Shown here: one piece after another, positions 13,501-27,449 of the stretch
Position numbering within the stretch: the stretch's first letter is position 1
Layout: each line of letters begins with the position of its first letter
Assembly: GCA_040954595.2 (NCBI GenBank)
Contig: CM082583.2
Span: 5,013,374-5,077,373, forward strand
DNA length: 64,000 nt
Direction: 5' to 3'
Source: Balanoglossus misakiensis
Taxonomy: Eukaryota > Animalia > Hemichordata
The notes under the pieces: model-generated
The model's input: only the letters and a program-made list of their open reading frames with translations
The model's database searches: none
Told to the model about the DNA's origin: nothing
Translations under genes and position numbers: made by a program

Positions 13501-16458
13501 GACATGGAGGAGTAGAGTGGAAAAAACGAAGTCAGAGTGTGTGAGGTGTGTGTATGTATAAACTTACTGAAGTTACCAGTGGCAGTATGATGAGATATTA
13601 CTGTTAAAAAATGCAGCGTACGTGGCCTTCCCTAATGGGTACATGGACTTTACCAGGCCTGTCAGCTGTTTTCCCAGGCAATTAGGCCAAGAAAGCATTT
13701 CACTTGTCTCATCTTCTCTATTGGTTTCCCAGTTTTATGTGCCCCCAAGATCAGTTTATGAAGTTACTAAGGCTTGGGATGATAGTCGGTGATGTGAGCC
13801 CCCCCCCCCCCCCCCCAAAATATGATGATAAACCGCAGCTGGATGCTTCACAGATCAATGTCTGAAAAATATAAAGCAATCTTTAATATAAGCTCCCTGA
13901 TAAGTGTTTTTTTTCTCGCAACTTATTATCTAATTTTTTCCAGCAGATGTCGCTGCTGCAAAATATTGAATCATTTGGTGGCTTTCTAATTAGCGATCAT
14001 CGTCTTTTCTTCCCCCTGATGACAGAGAGCTACTTCGGCCGTTTATAATCTCGGCTGTCAGGTCCCGAGGAGCGAAGAAAACAGTTGAAATCAAATCCGA
14101 TAGTAACATAACCCTTTTCCCCATTACAAATATTTTGTTTCATCGGAGCTCAGCTGACAGTCTATGCCAGAGAGCATGCGGCAGTTGCAATCTAACTGAG
14201 ACGGTCCAGATGTCGATCGGATCAGCAGTTGTTGCAAACTTTTTGCCGGCCCTCTCTCTTTCTTTGAATTGCGGGAATCAAGTGCCCGTGTGACATGAAG
14301 TGCATAATACGCTAACTGTGAAACCTTGTAAAGCTATCCGCTGTCGAAATGCGGAGAAATTAGCCGGCCATCTCCGGTGGAGCCGGCCAATATGAAAACC
14401 AGATTGCGTCTGCTATTTTTAATCCGCTTTGCCTTTCAGGAGTCCCAGACACAAATAATGTCCGCCGGAGTATTAAAAAGTTGACGGAGCAGGGCCCCGG
14501 TTTGTAAATATTTACAGATATAAAAACCAAGTATCTGGCTAATTTTATCCGAGTTCAACGCAACGGCCGGAGTCGTGGCTTGGTTTATCGCGGCAAGACA
14601 GTAAAAAAAAATCCAAATGTTATTGTGTTCATACAGTTGGCAATAATGTGCGAGTAATGCTTGTTGTTTCTTGTCAACTTTGTTTAAGCTTCACCTTTAT
14701 GGATGCCTTTCCGTCAAAACTCGCCAGCCAATAATCGTCTAGGTTTAGACTATAACTCCTGAAAACCTGGGTGCTTCGGTTGTGAGCTATTGCTCATTTA
14801 ACTCAAAGCCCGTAAACATTATCTAATGCTTATATATCTCCCGCATCACTGTCGTTCCAAGAGAGCTTGGTGCGTCTCTCTTCTTCATAGTGTTCCTCTT
14901 TGATTTTTCTGTTCAAACCGTGTCTTTCTGCAAATTGTCGTCAGAATTGATTGGAAGGACCATGGTCAGTTGTTATTAGTATATAGCCAAAAAAGTCTGG
15001 AGATACCAATGTGTTAATTTCAAAGATGGAGTAGTTTCTTGACATGTGGACGTGACCCAACTTGGTGCGTCTTACATGGCATCTGCACATAAATACTGAA
15101 GAATCGGGGACAGCCAAATAAAATTACATCACGTCACACCAGTGGCAGGTTTCATGATTTAGAAGCGATTTCCCAGATGTCTAGCCTTACAGAGCAGTCT
15201 GAATTATCGCGGGCATCTGTTAGAAACAATAAAAACAGAAACTTGTCACTGTCAGGTATATCTCTAAACTGTCCTGCAGTGATGAGAAACAATTTCTGTT
15301 GCATCTCATGCAAACATATGGTGTTTGGAGATTTCAATTTCTGGTGTGTCCCCCCTTGCTTATCTTAGCATTCGTCATCATTCTGGTGTATGTCTTTGCT
15401 TGTTACGTTTTGATATCATTCTCCACATCCCACAAATTCCCCTTCCCGGTCCCGGAGGTTAAGGGGGGTTGCGAACCCGGGCAATCAATTGCGGTGTACC
15501 GGAGTCACAACCCTCACCTCGGACGGTGCAAGAGTTGCCAACTTTGTCCCCCCCAACTTGTCAATTCAGATTCTAGTCACGGATCACCAGGGTCACTCCC
15601 TGCATACCTCGTACCATGATTAATATCCAAAAGTCTGTGCGGGATCAAGATTTTTTTTTCCTTTCTTCCACTATTCTGGAATCAAGTTTTTTTTTTGAAA
15701 AAAAACACACACTGACACTTGTATGGAGGTCTTAAACTGAAAAGTGTGATAAATGGTGGTTAGCTGGGTGTTGTCACGGCGCAAAAACTAACATTTTTTG
15801 AGTCATTAATCATGATGTCATTGCCTCCCAACTGTACGTCTGGCTGTGTTGTGCATTCTAAACTGTCAAATCTTTTTTTTTCTTCAGGGAAACTTTCTGT
15901 CCAAAAGATGAATTAAGCATTACTGTATACACTCACCATTCTGTTTTGTCATGATGGTTTTTTTTCTTCACATCTGTGTGTACTCACCTTCCCAATTGCC
16001 CTGGCTCATTCTTGTCAAAGTTTAGGACAAAAAACCCTAGAGTGTTTCTTTGCTTTCCTTTCTGTCTTTGGGTACAGTGCCATCTTAATCAACGAGTAAT
16101 TATCACTGGTTCCTGAACAAGAATCAAATGACACGTGTTCTTTCTGTTTTATTTTATTTTTTATTTTCCTTTTGCAGGGAACACATATCATATATCACCC
16201 TAAATGTGTCGTAATAGTCAAGACTTCCCATGTATACATTGTATCTGTCGTCCCACATACAATGTACGTGGTTGGAGTTCATGGTCTTTGCCATACGCTC
16301 AGGTTACAACACTCCCGAGAGGGATCTGCCGTTTAGCAGCTGGGGCATCTGTGAGTTGTCCGTCAAGTTCTCCCCACCAGGACACGATCCATATCTCATG
16401 ATTGGTGTACGTCAATTAAGCTTCAGCTTCTAAGCCGTACAAGAGCTGCACACTGATA

Positions 16459-16666
16459 CTGTAAAACATGTTATTTTCGCGACAGGAAATTTTCGCGATA
16501 TCAAAAGAGGCAACTGTTTCGCGAGTATTAATTTTCGCGTTCTCTTATTTCATTTACTGCATCGTTATCCCTGAAAAACTTTTACGCGGCTTTTTATTTT
16601 CACGTTATTTTGGCTCTTGCGTATTTTGCGAAAATGTGTTGCTTGCGAAAATAACATGTTTTACAG
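16459..16666. mobile_element. MITE / non-autonomous DNA transposon, 208 bp, perfect 22-bp TIRs, TA target-site duplication
   Basis: TA|CTGTAAAACATGTTATTTTCGC ... GCGAAAATAACATGTTTTACAG|TA. The ends are exact reverse complements, the interior repeats TTTCGCG, and there is no coding capacity. Confidence 0.9.
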
Positions 16667-18577
16667 TATGGTGATTTGACCACTGGAATGCTGATCTCTC
16701 AGCGCATTCCTTGTCTAAGACACCAGTGGTGTACATACGTGTTCCGAAAAATGTCCAACCCGCCCAACGTTCTGTTCTGTATTGCCAGTCTCCCAAGTTC
16801 CATTCAGTCCCGCGTGAGGTAACGTTGCCCGGCAAAGCCGTGAATTGTTAAACAAATACCGGTCACCCGACATTTCAGTGTATTTGCTGATGGCCATTGA
16901 CATTGGTCACTTTGTGATTAGAGTTTGATAGGAATTAATTGACCTTGACTCGATAGAGTATCTAAACTGTCAACACAGCTCCTAAATCATCCTGGGTTTA
17001 CCCTTCGCAGCTGAGAGCTTGTCTAACCCTACCCCCCCCCACCTCCCTCGCCCACTTCCTACCCTGTAATCAAATCCCTCTTCCCCTGAAAAGAACTCAA
17101 GTTCAGCTAAGGTCTTGCATGCCTGTCATTTGAGGCAGGCATGTGTTGCAGATGTGTGTGTTTCAGGCAAAATTTTCTCGGGCTCTAATAAACTGTTACG
17201 TCTCCCACTATGTGCGTTTGATGAAAGCATTTTGGGAGCACGGTATAACTTCAGCCTGGGGACGGTATATCTTCCGATGGAGATTACGTTTGTGGCTGTG
17301 CGTCGGAATCTTGATTGACTCCATTAAAAAGACTAACCAGTCCCCAAGATTCTCCGTTGCATTATTTAATATTTCCGTGTCAGTGACAGATGTGCTGCTG
17401 CATATCCTGACGTGCTTGGCGGTGTCATCGCTGTTTGCGATGATGTAATCTGGGTGCGTTGAGGTGCAAATCGGCTGTTAAACGCGTGTCTGGCACCGAA
17501 TACACTTGTGCGGATATGACATGTTTTAATGTCGGTCTTGACATTTTGACACCCGACAAATGAAATCTTAATTGCCACTTAAAGGCCATCTGAGGATACA
17601 GGCTGCAACCCCTCTGTCACCACAAGTTGGAACAACTTATCCCACTGTTTTCATGTGATGGTTGGATCCATGTGTAGGGAAATAGGGGTGGATTGGTTGA
17701 AAGGTACCCCCTGTATATGTACCCTTTATTACCAGCCTGTGAGTCCTGTAGAGTGGGAGTTATATACATTATGTATATCCTAAAAGTCCAAGGAACCCAA
17801 AGGCGAAGTTTACACATTACTGTGGGTATACCTGCATAGGAAGTCTATGTGTACCTCTCAACCGGGATTGTATACATACAGCCCAGGGGTATTAGCACCC
17901 ATATACACCCACATACAAAAGGTTAAACTACCTGCCAGTGAGCCATCCCAACTAAGATATTTATTCTCACATAAGTATTCAATTCATTTGACATGCGATC
18001 AAAAAAATCTTCATTGCGTATAAGCCTACTTGGATAGCTGTTTGACTTTTCCTGCTGAAAGTTAAATTTTGCCAGAAGAAATGATGGAAATATAGCAGTG
18101 CAATTAGATTGTGAGGAATTTCTAATACTCCCGAGAACAGAGGTATGCATTGTTTTACACAACAGGAAATTAATGAACTTAATATCCCTCCGTGTTTGCC
18201 GATCGTGCCATTCTCATAAAAAAGCTACATTTTGACGTGATGAATATGGAATACTGCAGTAATTGATTGGTAATTCATATATATTTGCTGGTCACATGAG
18301 TAAATGTTAGCTGTCAGGGAGTAAGTTTGTCATATGAGTTATTGTCACCCGATAGGCGAGGAAACATATCGGGTTCAGAATTATACCTGAACTGTGTATG
18401 AAATTAAGGATGTTAAATTGGTAAAGTTGATAGTAATGTTGTTTGTTATTTAAGTGAGGTTTTTTTGGATTCTCTTTTGGAGGTGTGATCAAGGAAATCT
18501 GCATTGAAATGTAGGGTTCACTGTGCTGGTTTTATGAAGCATAAGGCTGATGGATGAATTTAGCTGAAGTGACAAAA

Positions 18578-18590
18578 TGCTGAGTCAGCA
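18578..18590. promoter_or_regulatory. Perfect palindromic T-MARE (Maf recognition element) TGCTGAGTCAGCA with AT-rich flanks
   Basis: AAAA-TGCTGAGTCAGCA-CTTT matches the known Maf homodimer consensus; function untested. Confidence 0.45.
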
Positions 18591-18606
18591 CTTTAATTCT
18601 ACTATG

Positions 18607-18655
18607 TGATGATGATGATAATGTTGATGACGATGATGATGGTGATGGCGATGAC

Positions 18656-18710
<55 letters not shown>

Positions 18711-18783
18711 GTGGTGGTGGTGATGTGGTGATGATGATGATGATGGCGATGACGATGATGATGATGATGATGATGAGGATGAT
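18607..18783. repeat. (GAT)n trinucleotide microsatellite with GAC/GGT/GGC interruptions
   Basis: Directly visible; explains the poly-Met, poly-Ser and poly-Ile ORFs. Confidence 0.95.
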
Positions 18784-20110
18784 CATCATCGCCATCGTTA
18801 TTATTCTCACAAATGCTGCAATCACCAAAGGAATAGCAACAAAGATTCTCAAATTAAACCGTGGCATCAAGTGGAGAGCAAAATTAGGCACTGAATGTCA
18901 AAACAACATTAATTTGCACTTCCTTTTGCTCGGTCACATTGATATCACAATTCTGACATTTAATGAGATACTTAAAGAGACAAAGAAGGCTATAAAATCT
19001 GTTCTGTGCCACAAAAGTCACAGGAAGTTGAGCAGGCAGGGGGTTTCATAATCACAACCCCCACGAGAACGCCCAGCAGGTTTGGGGTTTACTACATGTA
19101 CCATTAAAACCTGCCGGCTGAGATACACAGTCGCTATCGCTGACACAGATAATGTTTGCAGAATGGTATCCCACCACTTGAACTTGGTGATGACCTTGTG
19201 CGACCCCACTTTAAGTACACTGATGAAAGGGTCATGGCGGGAGTCAAATTAATGAACACCATATGCATTTCCCCTTGCGAGGCAGACTGAGCTAGATTCA
19301 TCAAAGGTTTTCTTTACCAGTCCAAATTACGGCTCAGGGTGTATAGCATACTAACCAGAGCCAGGGGGTGTCAGCTCCTGGATCTGGATTTTTCTTAGAA
19401 GTCCCACTGTTTGATCCGATACATGATGAAAATTCTTGCAGTGTGATTATGCCATCAGTTGAGCATTGGAGTCTACTTTAGAGTGGCACAGTCTTGCGGT
19501 AAAATATGTCAAACTCAGGTTCCTGTCAGAAAGTCAGAAACTGGTGGTATTCTGTTCTACAGCGGTCCACCTTAGTTTCGAAAACAAACTCAAAACATCG
19601 ACCATCACTGTAACTGCTGTCTATTATGTGGTGACATATGTAATAGAGACATTACATCTTCAAATAAAGGTTTCGGCACAAAACACACATTGCCTTCACG
19701 AACGCAGAAAAAATCCAATAAAAACGGCCCAGGACGACATGTGTCGCACAAGTGTGATCACGCGTGTCTACAAATCAAACAAACCTTCACGTTTTCAGTC
19801 CAGATAACTTTGAAGTGTTTTGGTTTGTTCACAGCGTGATTTTGTCATCAGTTTCCACAAATTGCACATGGTCAAATGAATGGCCACTACATGACGTTTA
19901 ACATGAAGTTTTGCAAAAAAAATTCTGCCCCTTTAAAGCTTCAAAACCTAGCTTCATCTGTACGCAATTAAAGGCCAGGAGCAAGTGCTTATTGAGCACT
20001 AAAGCTTAGTGAGTGCTGTTCTCACATGGTCCATTTGTGCATGAAAGCAAAATAATATACGTGCTATGAAATGTCACTATGAAATATGTCAACTTTGACC
20101 TTATGACAAC

Positions 20111-20436
20111 ACATACATACATACATGTACATGCATGCATGCATACATACATACATACATACATACAAATGTACATACGTACATACATACATACATACAT
20201 ACATACATACATACATACATACATACATACATACATACATACATACATACATACATACATACATACATACATACATACATACATACATGCGCATACATAC
20301 ATACATACATGTACATACATACAGTATACATACATACATACATACATACATACATACATACATACATACATACATACAGACAGACAGACAGACAGACAGA
20401 CAGATAGGCAGGCAGGCAGGCAGACAGACAGACAGA
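20111..20436. repeat. Compound (TACA)n-(GACA)n-(GGCA)n microsatellite
   Basis: Directly visible tandem tetranucleotide units. Confidence 0.97.
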
Positions 20437-21066
20437 TAAAAAGAGGCTTTGACACAGGGCTGCATGTATTAATTATGAATGGCCTAAGCAGAGTACTCTT
20501 GCTACAATTACCCCCCGAACTAATAAAGTAATCACCCAGCAAATGTCATATACTTTATGATAGATGGTGATTATTTTGTCAGAGAGCATGTCATCTGTGT
20601 TCAAATCACAAATGTCTCCCGCTAATACTGTCTTTATCTCTCTGACCTGTGGCACAGTCCACCAAAAGAATTGCATTATCGTCGATTTCAAAGGGAAATA
20701 CCCACTTAGCGGGGACACAATGTGTAAATCTTCTTTCCCAAGTATTATCCGTCCATTTGTGCTCACAATTAGCCCCAGATTAGAAACTGTGCTGTATTTT
20801 CTGTGTAAGAGTGAAAAATGATTAGTAAAGCATATGGTGGCTTTGTTGGGTTAGTTTTTTTTATGGTCTACTCGTCCCTGAGATTATAGTTGTCAACAAG
20901 TGTACTTCAGATAAAACATGTATCAGGATTGAGGATTGGTAGTATTGTCAGTGAATTCGTCGACCCTCGCTGTTTGTGTTTGTGATTTTGATGGATGTGG
21001 GCCAATGGATATTTTTTGTGATTTATTCATCTGAAGAGAATGTGTCTTTGTTTTACACATACAATG

Positions 21067-21230
21067 TACATACATATACAACATATACACTGTACATACA
21101 TACATACATACATACATACATACATACATACATACATACATACATACATACATACATACATACATACATACATACATACCGTACATACCGTACATACATA
21201 CATACATACATACATACATACATACATACA

Positions 21231-21261
<31 letters not shown>

Positions 21262-21288
21262 GTACATACATACATACATGTACATACA
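21067..21288. repeat. (TACA)n microsatellite
   Basis: Directly visible, with two CCG interruptions. Confidence 0.97.
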
Positions 21289-24200
21289 AAGCGTCAATCT
21301 TAAAATCAAAGACACATTTCATCTCTTATTTTAGTAAATTGAATTTTTATCAAATGATTAAACATGAATTTCCAAATAGTGAGTTCCTGTCACTAGTGTC
21401 AGTTTGAGGAATACCACAGTCACATATGACAAATCCAGAATTTTGAGTTTTTCGGAATAATACCGTCAGTCATTGTCCAGGATAAAACCACCGAAGTCTG
21501 GAGTGTGTCAAAAGGCGGCTCTATCAAAACAATTTGATGTGAGATATATTGATATCTGTAGGGTTAAATGTTTTAATCCTGGTGCTGTTGTTTGATGGAC
21601 GAGCCATGAAATGTCACCCACAGAGTGCAATAATTCACCCATCCCCCCATCTTAATCAGTTTTGTATCCATAAAGTTATTGTTTCCCTTTCACTGATTCT
21701 GGGTTAAATCCTCTCGCAGGGGGAGCTGCAGTAAAAAAAAAAATCGGCCTCCAGTCCGACTTCTCTCGTTGACACGTCGTAAATCTCCACCACCAACACC
21801 AGAACCACCGAGAAGTATAACAGAAAGGAAAAAAAAACAACCATCCTGCGACAGAGCTCGAACGGTAAAACCATACTCGAGCAATTAAAAAAATATGGCG
21901 ATAATTCATCTCCGCCGTTACAAATGATTCCTCGGCGAAACCCATTTCCGTTTTTTCCGTAATCGCGGCAAAAGAAGGTGCCACACACAGCCGGGGTATT
22001 AATTTGTGGTCTTTTCCACGGAAACTAATATCGCCCACTCGTTTGTCATCTCTTTGTTCCCCCCGTGACACAAGTCGTGATTTTTTGCCGTGATTATCAC
22101 AATTTACTGTTGGGGCTAATAACGGCTGAGGTTATATTGGTATACGCGACCCCAGTCTTTTCGGGTGTGTAAATTATATTTTTTTTTATGATGACCATTG
22201 TCTTGAATGCTGTAAATGTCGTCCGTGGAGCATTCTGATGAGAGAACTTTTCATGAAGTTATGACAAGCAGTCACGACCTGACCCGTAAAATCATTTTAT
22301 TCACAAAATGTGAGAATCACTCGGTGTAATTTCATCATTTGCCGCAGAGAGCTCATAAAAACCGGTGTGAGTATTAGTCCTATTCATGATCTTTCAGTCG
22401 TAACTTTCTCATCACAAAACATTTTTTTATGATGTACTGTGTGTAAAGGTGTGTGTGTTTTCAAAATCCTGATGGAATATTAATGCCATGGAGACATATG
22501 ATAGTGCGTTGCAAAGTCGTAGTGCCCCGTATCAAAATCAAAGGCGAAATTTTCCCATCTCGTCATTTCATGTATGCTGTGACAACTGGCTTTGAACTGT
22601 CCGTGGAGATAAGCTGGAAACGTCAAGCTCTCCATCCTATCCCCCCCCCCCCCCCATATTCATAACTTTCACTGTTCTCACTCAGCTGTGCCACGGAGCT
22701 CGCGTCAATAGCCTTGTCACTTGGATGTGACGCATATGAAACCCTGAATTCATATACCTACATGTATATGTCCCTCACCTATCACTGCAGCAGCTTTGCT
22801 AGTTTAGAAAAAAGAATTAAATCACGTGTGACTGTCAACAGTCTAGTTTTCATACAGTTGAAATGTAAACCATTTGGATCAAAACTTGCAAAGTGAAAAA
22901 GTACGGTAACTTTCATGGTGTAATAAAAAAACTCATCATCTTTAAGTAATAATCCGGCCATTTGCGTTCTTGCGACACAGTTTTCTGTTACCTGTCACCC
23001 TTACAGATCTCAACACTTTTTTTTTCCTTGATACGGTAAATGTGTGGGTATTTTGTCCCGAAAAAACAACAACAGTCGATCGTGCCAATGTGCATTTGTG
23101 AAAGGGGACAAGCTGCACAATGCACAAAATATGTTGAAAGCAGACATGTGTTTTTTTTGTCACATGCGTCTTTGTATTCGACACAAAGGGGCAGGCCTCA
23201 TATGTGCCTTTCAACTTTTGTGCGTTTTGGTGTAACGGGTTGTGATATAAACGTCCCATTCTCTTAGAGAGAGAGTGAATGTCATCCTGTGTGAGTACGA
23301 GAAATTTTAAACTGTATACAGAAAGTCTAGTCTGGTGACTGATTATTATACTCAGGATTTTTATCTCCTGATGTATTGGCGAAATATGTTAGTATCCTCC
23401 ATCAACATTAATCATGGTCGCATTTGATAGATCATCTTTTCAATTTCTTCACCTCACCCTGCCTCAATTTGATGCGAATCTGTCTTTGCCAGCGTCAAGG
23501 GGAGTGGCCACATAGTGTAAACTAGCGAGGAGGGATTCGTTTGGAGCCTGTGATCAGAATCTGTGAATGGAGTCTACCTAAAAGTGGGCAGGGAAGGATT
23601 TTCAACGGGAAAGGGGGGGGGGGGTATTTCTGTGTGTTAAGGCCTGCTTTTTTTCACAAGGAAGGGGAAACTGGAGAGAATAGAGCTGGCGTTTATTTCA
23701 GGAAAAACACAATACAGGAAGCTTTCCAGAAGTTAGAAATGGGCCCTTGAATTCATCGTTTTGTATCAGGTCAAATGAATATCCTTTTTTCATTTTCCTG
23801 TAACATTATAAACCTATAAGCTTTGCTGATATGTTTGTATTTGCTGTGTTAATAGCTGAGTGAAAATTGAAAGTAGTGTGTTCCTTATTGATGCCTTAAT
23901 AGCTCTGATATCTGCTTCAAAGGGTTAGAGTTAGAGTATTAGACCGGATGTTAATACTGTACCATTTTAGAAAACTATATCATCCTTTTAAAAAAGTGTT
24001 TTCTTTTCCCCATTCATTTCTTTTGTCGGCAGTAAGTTCTGATTTATTCTGATTGTTCTTTAAAAATTAATCACTGTTGAAATTAGACTCTTAGTTCAGG
24101 AGAATAATTTGAACACTACAGTCCATCCGAAATGAGACGTGTTTTGTTATCAGCCAGCAAAACACATTCCTATCCTTTGCAATATAGTGCGTTCAGCAGT

Positions 24201-26262
24201 ATCACTCCGTTCACCATTGCATGCTGGGTAGTAACGTCAGAACCCGTCCACTCGGTGGCGGGGAGCTTGAATTGGGCAATTGGCATGTGACGTGACATTC
24301 ACAACACCACGCGTTTAAAGAAATGAGCGATAGACCCCCTTTGTAATAATTGTCACACTGGAACTGATGAGTAGAACATGCACAAACGACAAGAAGCACC
24401 CGGCGAGCGCACACTCACGCGGTAAAAAAAATGACAAACTTTTTATGAATTGTTCGGCGACAATATGGCTGCAATCTGGAACAGACGCCGCATGATCGAT
24501 TGAGGTTTGCTATGATTCTGCAAATCCCAGGGAACCCCCCACGCTACAGTGCTCATTAGTTCTGTGGTTTGTAGTTTTTTTTTTTTTTATGGTGGACGTT
24601 ATTTGTCAGAGTGTGTTGTTAGTTTTTATATATATCACACGTTTCGGTGTGCACATTGAATCTGCTGCCATCCCCTCATGCCGCCATCTGTCTCAATATT
24701 GTGAGTGAAGTCTAAATTTCCAGTGGCCACCAAAATGGATTTTCTTGTTTCTCCCCCCCCCCCTACACACACACACACTCACATGATGATAGGAACACCA
24801 GCAACCTTCTATCCACATATGCGGTGGAACTTTCCCCATCAGTTTCATAAAATTCGGAGCATTATCCGATGTTTCATCACGAGCCCACGCTTGCTTTTGC
24901 TTTCATGCATAATTCATCGTTTGGAAATATGGGCAACAGTGGCCCCCGTTCTGTGATGCACTGTGAAACATTAATCAGCTCTGGGATTTCTTTTATTATT
25001 TTCCTTTGCTCTGGGTGTATTTTGTAGGATGAACAATTTCCTGATGTTGTCAGTGAAACAATGAGTTATCCTATAATTCCTGATTCTCGCTGTTATATAT
25101 CTTGATCATCAGTGAGGAAAAAAGCAAAATCCAAACGAATTAAAAAAATGGATTTACTCTGAATTTTACAGTTCAAAATGATTTTAGATCTCTTTATTAT
25201 TATTTTTTTTGTTTTTACAAATTTCACTGGTTTCTTACTGGCTTCCTGCTATTCAAAAATCATTTTTTTTTATTCCAGACTTCAAACAAGTGAATTTGCA
25301 TTAGGCAAATAAAAATATATATTAATAAGTATGAGACAATTCTTGCCAGATCAGAAAAGTCCAGTGTTATTAAAACCCAGCGAACATTTAAAAACGGAAT
25401 GCCTGAGAGCCTACCTGACAAGTAAAAGTATTTTGTGGTGGTGCCAGAGTTTGAAAAGTAGAGTATAAAACAGAGGAGAGTGGATTTGAAATATCCATAT
25501 TCTTGCAATAAGACATTTCAACAACAAGGAATTGTTTGGTCTTCTTTTTTAATTGATAATACCACTGTGCTGGCTCTTAAACTGTCATCAAAGCGACCAG
25601 AAAGTTTAATAACATCTTTTATTATCTGATCATCTCTGAGTTTGAACCTCCCAATCAGCGATGGACTCTGAGGATCGATCGACATTTTTATGCGCCCACG
25701 GTGCATTTATGAAACAAAAAAAAAGAAAAGATGTGAATCTTGCGGATTCATGACGAGCAAATTGTGTTGCGTGGCATCGAGAGAAACAAGGGATTCAGTT
25801 TGTGTGACCCGTGATATTAATAAACGAGTATAAGCTGTGGCGCGCTGTCTGTCAAAGGTATATAGACACACGCAGCAAGGGTGAGTGAACTGCAACCCCT
25901 GGAAGACAATAGGCATGGCCAGGTTTCCCATCAATTTGGCGAATGTTTATTTGAACGGTTGTCAGATGAGTGGGCCTTTTCAGCGGATGCGCGATCTGGC
26001 AACATTTTGCAAGACAATAGAAAATGTATACAGACCTGTGGGTGACGGGGGTCGACAGCTTGGTTTCCGTTTGACACCTGAAGTGGAAGCATTTGCCCTC
26101 TGCGGTCTTCTCCCTGCCCTTTTCCCGTTGTCCTCTGCCGGCTGCTAACCTGCCACTTCCAGATGTCCCCCGCCACGCGGCCCCCTCCTCCATTTCCGTA
26201 TGTTGTTGTTGAGGACTCTTGGAAACACTTCGTTCAGGTACTCTCGAATCATTGAATTAAAA

Positions 26263-26346
26263 CCCTTTCACCACCATGGTTTGGTCCAAATCCATTGTTT
26301 TCTACGGCAAACCTGGACTTCTAAGAGGGAACTGGGGGTGAAAGGG
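26263..26346. mobile_element. Tiny piggyBac-like MITE (CCC...GGG termini, TTAA context), 84 bp
   Basis: CCCTTTCACCACCA ... TGGGGGTGAAAGGG|TTAA (13/14 inverted match). The left flank is TTAAAA rather than an exact TTAA. Confidence 0.65.
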
Positions 26347-27392
26347 TTAAATAAAACTAGAATTCTGACAGATCATAAGTACTCTTAGCTTACACACACA
26401 CACATGTACGTCCTCATATGTTGCGTATGGCAGTGGATAGCCAGCAATCACAACCGGCTTCGATGAGCTATCTGAATGTACTGCCAGCTTGATGATCCAT
26501 ATCTGAATATTTCAGTTGAAAATCAGGGAAATTGATTCCCAACATGTAACCAACAGTCATCCGTACCATACATGTATATCTGTGTCAGGTACGCTGACAA
26601 ATTCTCATTGCCTGTTGGTATAGGGCGAGTTGATACATGTATGCTGTGATGAAGAGGAATATTGATCTCAAAATGCAGAGAGCATTTCCAACTTAGATCA
26701 GCAAGATTTCCAAAGAAATGTGTTTGCAGAGATGATAATTACTGTTAAGATTTTGATGCTTTATTCTGGTATTTAGAGAAAAAGTATAAAACTCTCCCAT
26801 TTTTTACAGTTATGAAAATCAAATCTTTAATAGTATAATGCCAACAGCAGGCGAATATAGGTTAACCATAAAATGACACCTACAGGTAATTTTTAGCTGC
26901 CTCTTATTGCTGTAGTGACTGCCTGTGTGGTTTGAAAGCATTCAGAACTGTTCCATAAATAATGTCGACTGAAATAAGCCTGTTTTATAGGCAGTCAAAC
27001 ATCCAAAGTGAATATATTTTTTTGTTTGTTTGCATATAATGGCACTAGTAGAGCAAAGCTGTGAGACAGGAGGATGCTGGGCTACAAAGGCCTGGGTATT
27101 CATAATGTCAATGTGCGATCATTGTGGTCGAATGTTCTATTATGGCACAGCGTTCTGGTGTAATAGTGTCGCGCCTGTTTAAGTCCCACTGCCGAGATTA
27201 GTGGGAGGAACGCAAAGCCTAACCTGCTGTGACATGAGTATCAGGGGTTGGATAATAGAGAATTGAATACCAAAATCCCACACTTCACTGTATAGTGAGC
27301 TGGCCGCAACATGTCGTTTGCACTTTTTATTTGTAATGAAACCAGAAAGCTTTCTGCTGAATTGTGGTAGTTCCTGTGGGTTTTTTCTTGCT

Positions 27393-27449
27393 GGGGGGGG
27401 GGGGGGGGGGGGGGGGGGAAACCACACTCGCTTCCCCCCCCCCCCCCCC
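27393..27449. repeat. G26 and C16 homopolymer tracts forming an inverted repeat
   Basis: G26-AA-ACCACACTCGC-TT-C16. Confidence 0.9.

Noticed and set aside
17167-17318. Acceptor followed by GKIFSG, superficially like an RCC1 repeat start
   Set aside because: It lacks the WG, GQLG and CG..H hallmarks and has no suitable phase-1 donor.
18532-19051. Poly-Ser/poly-Ile/poly-Met ORFs
   Set aside because: Artefacts of the (GAT)n repeat.
20006-21407. Many long ORFs (MYVC/HTYI repeats), also at 2232-2763 and 60109-60445
   Set aside because: These are translations of TACA/TATG microsatellites that lack stop codons; not protein-coding.
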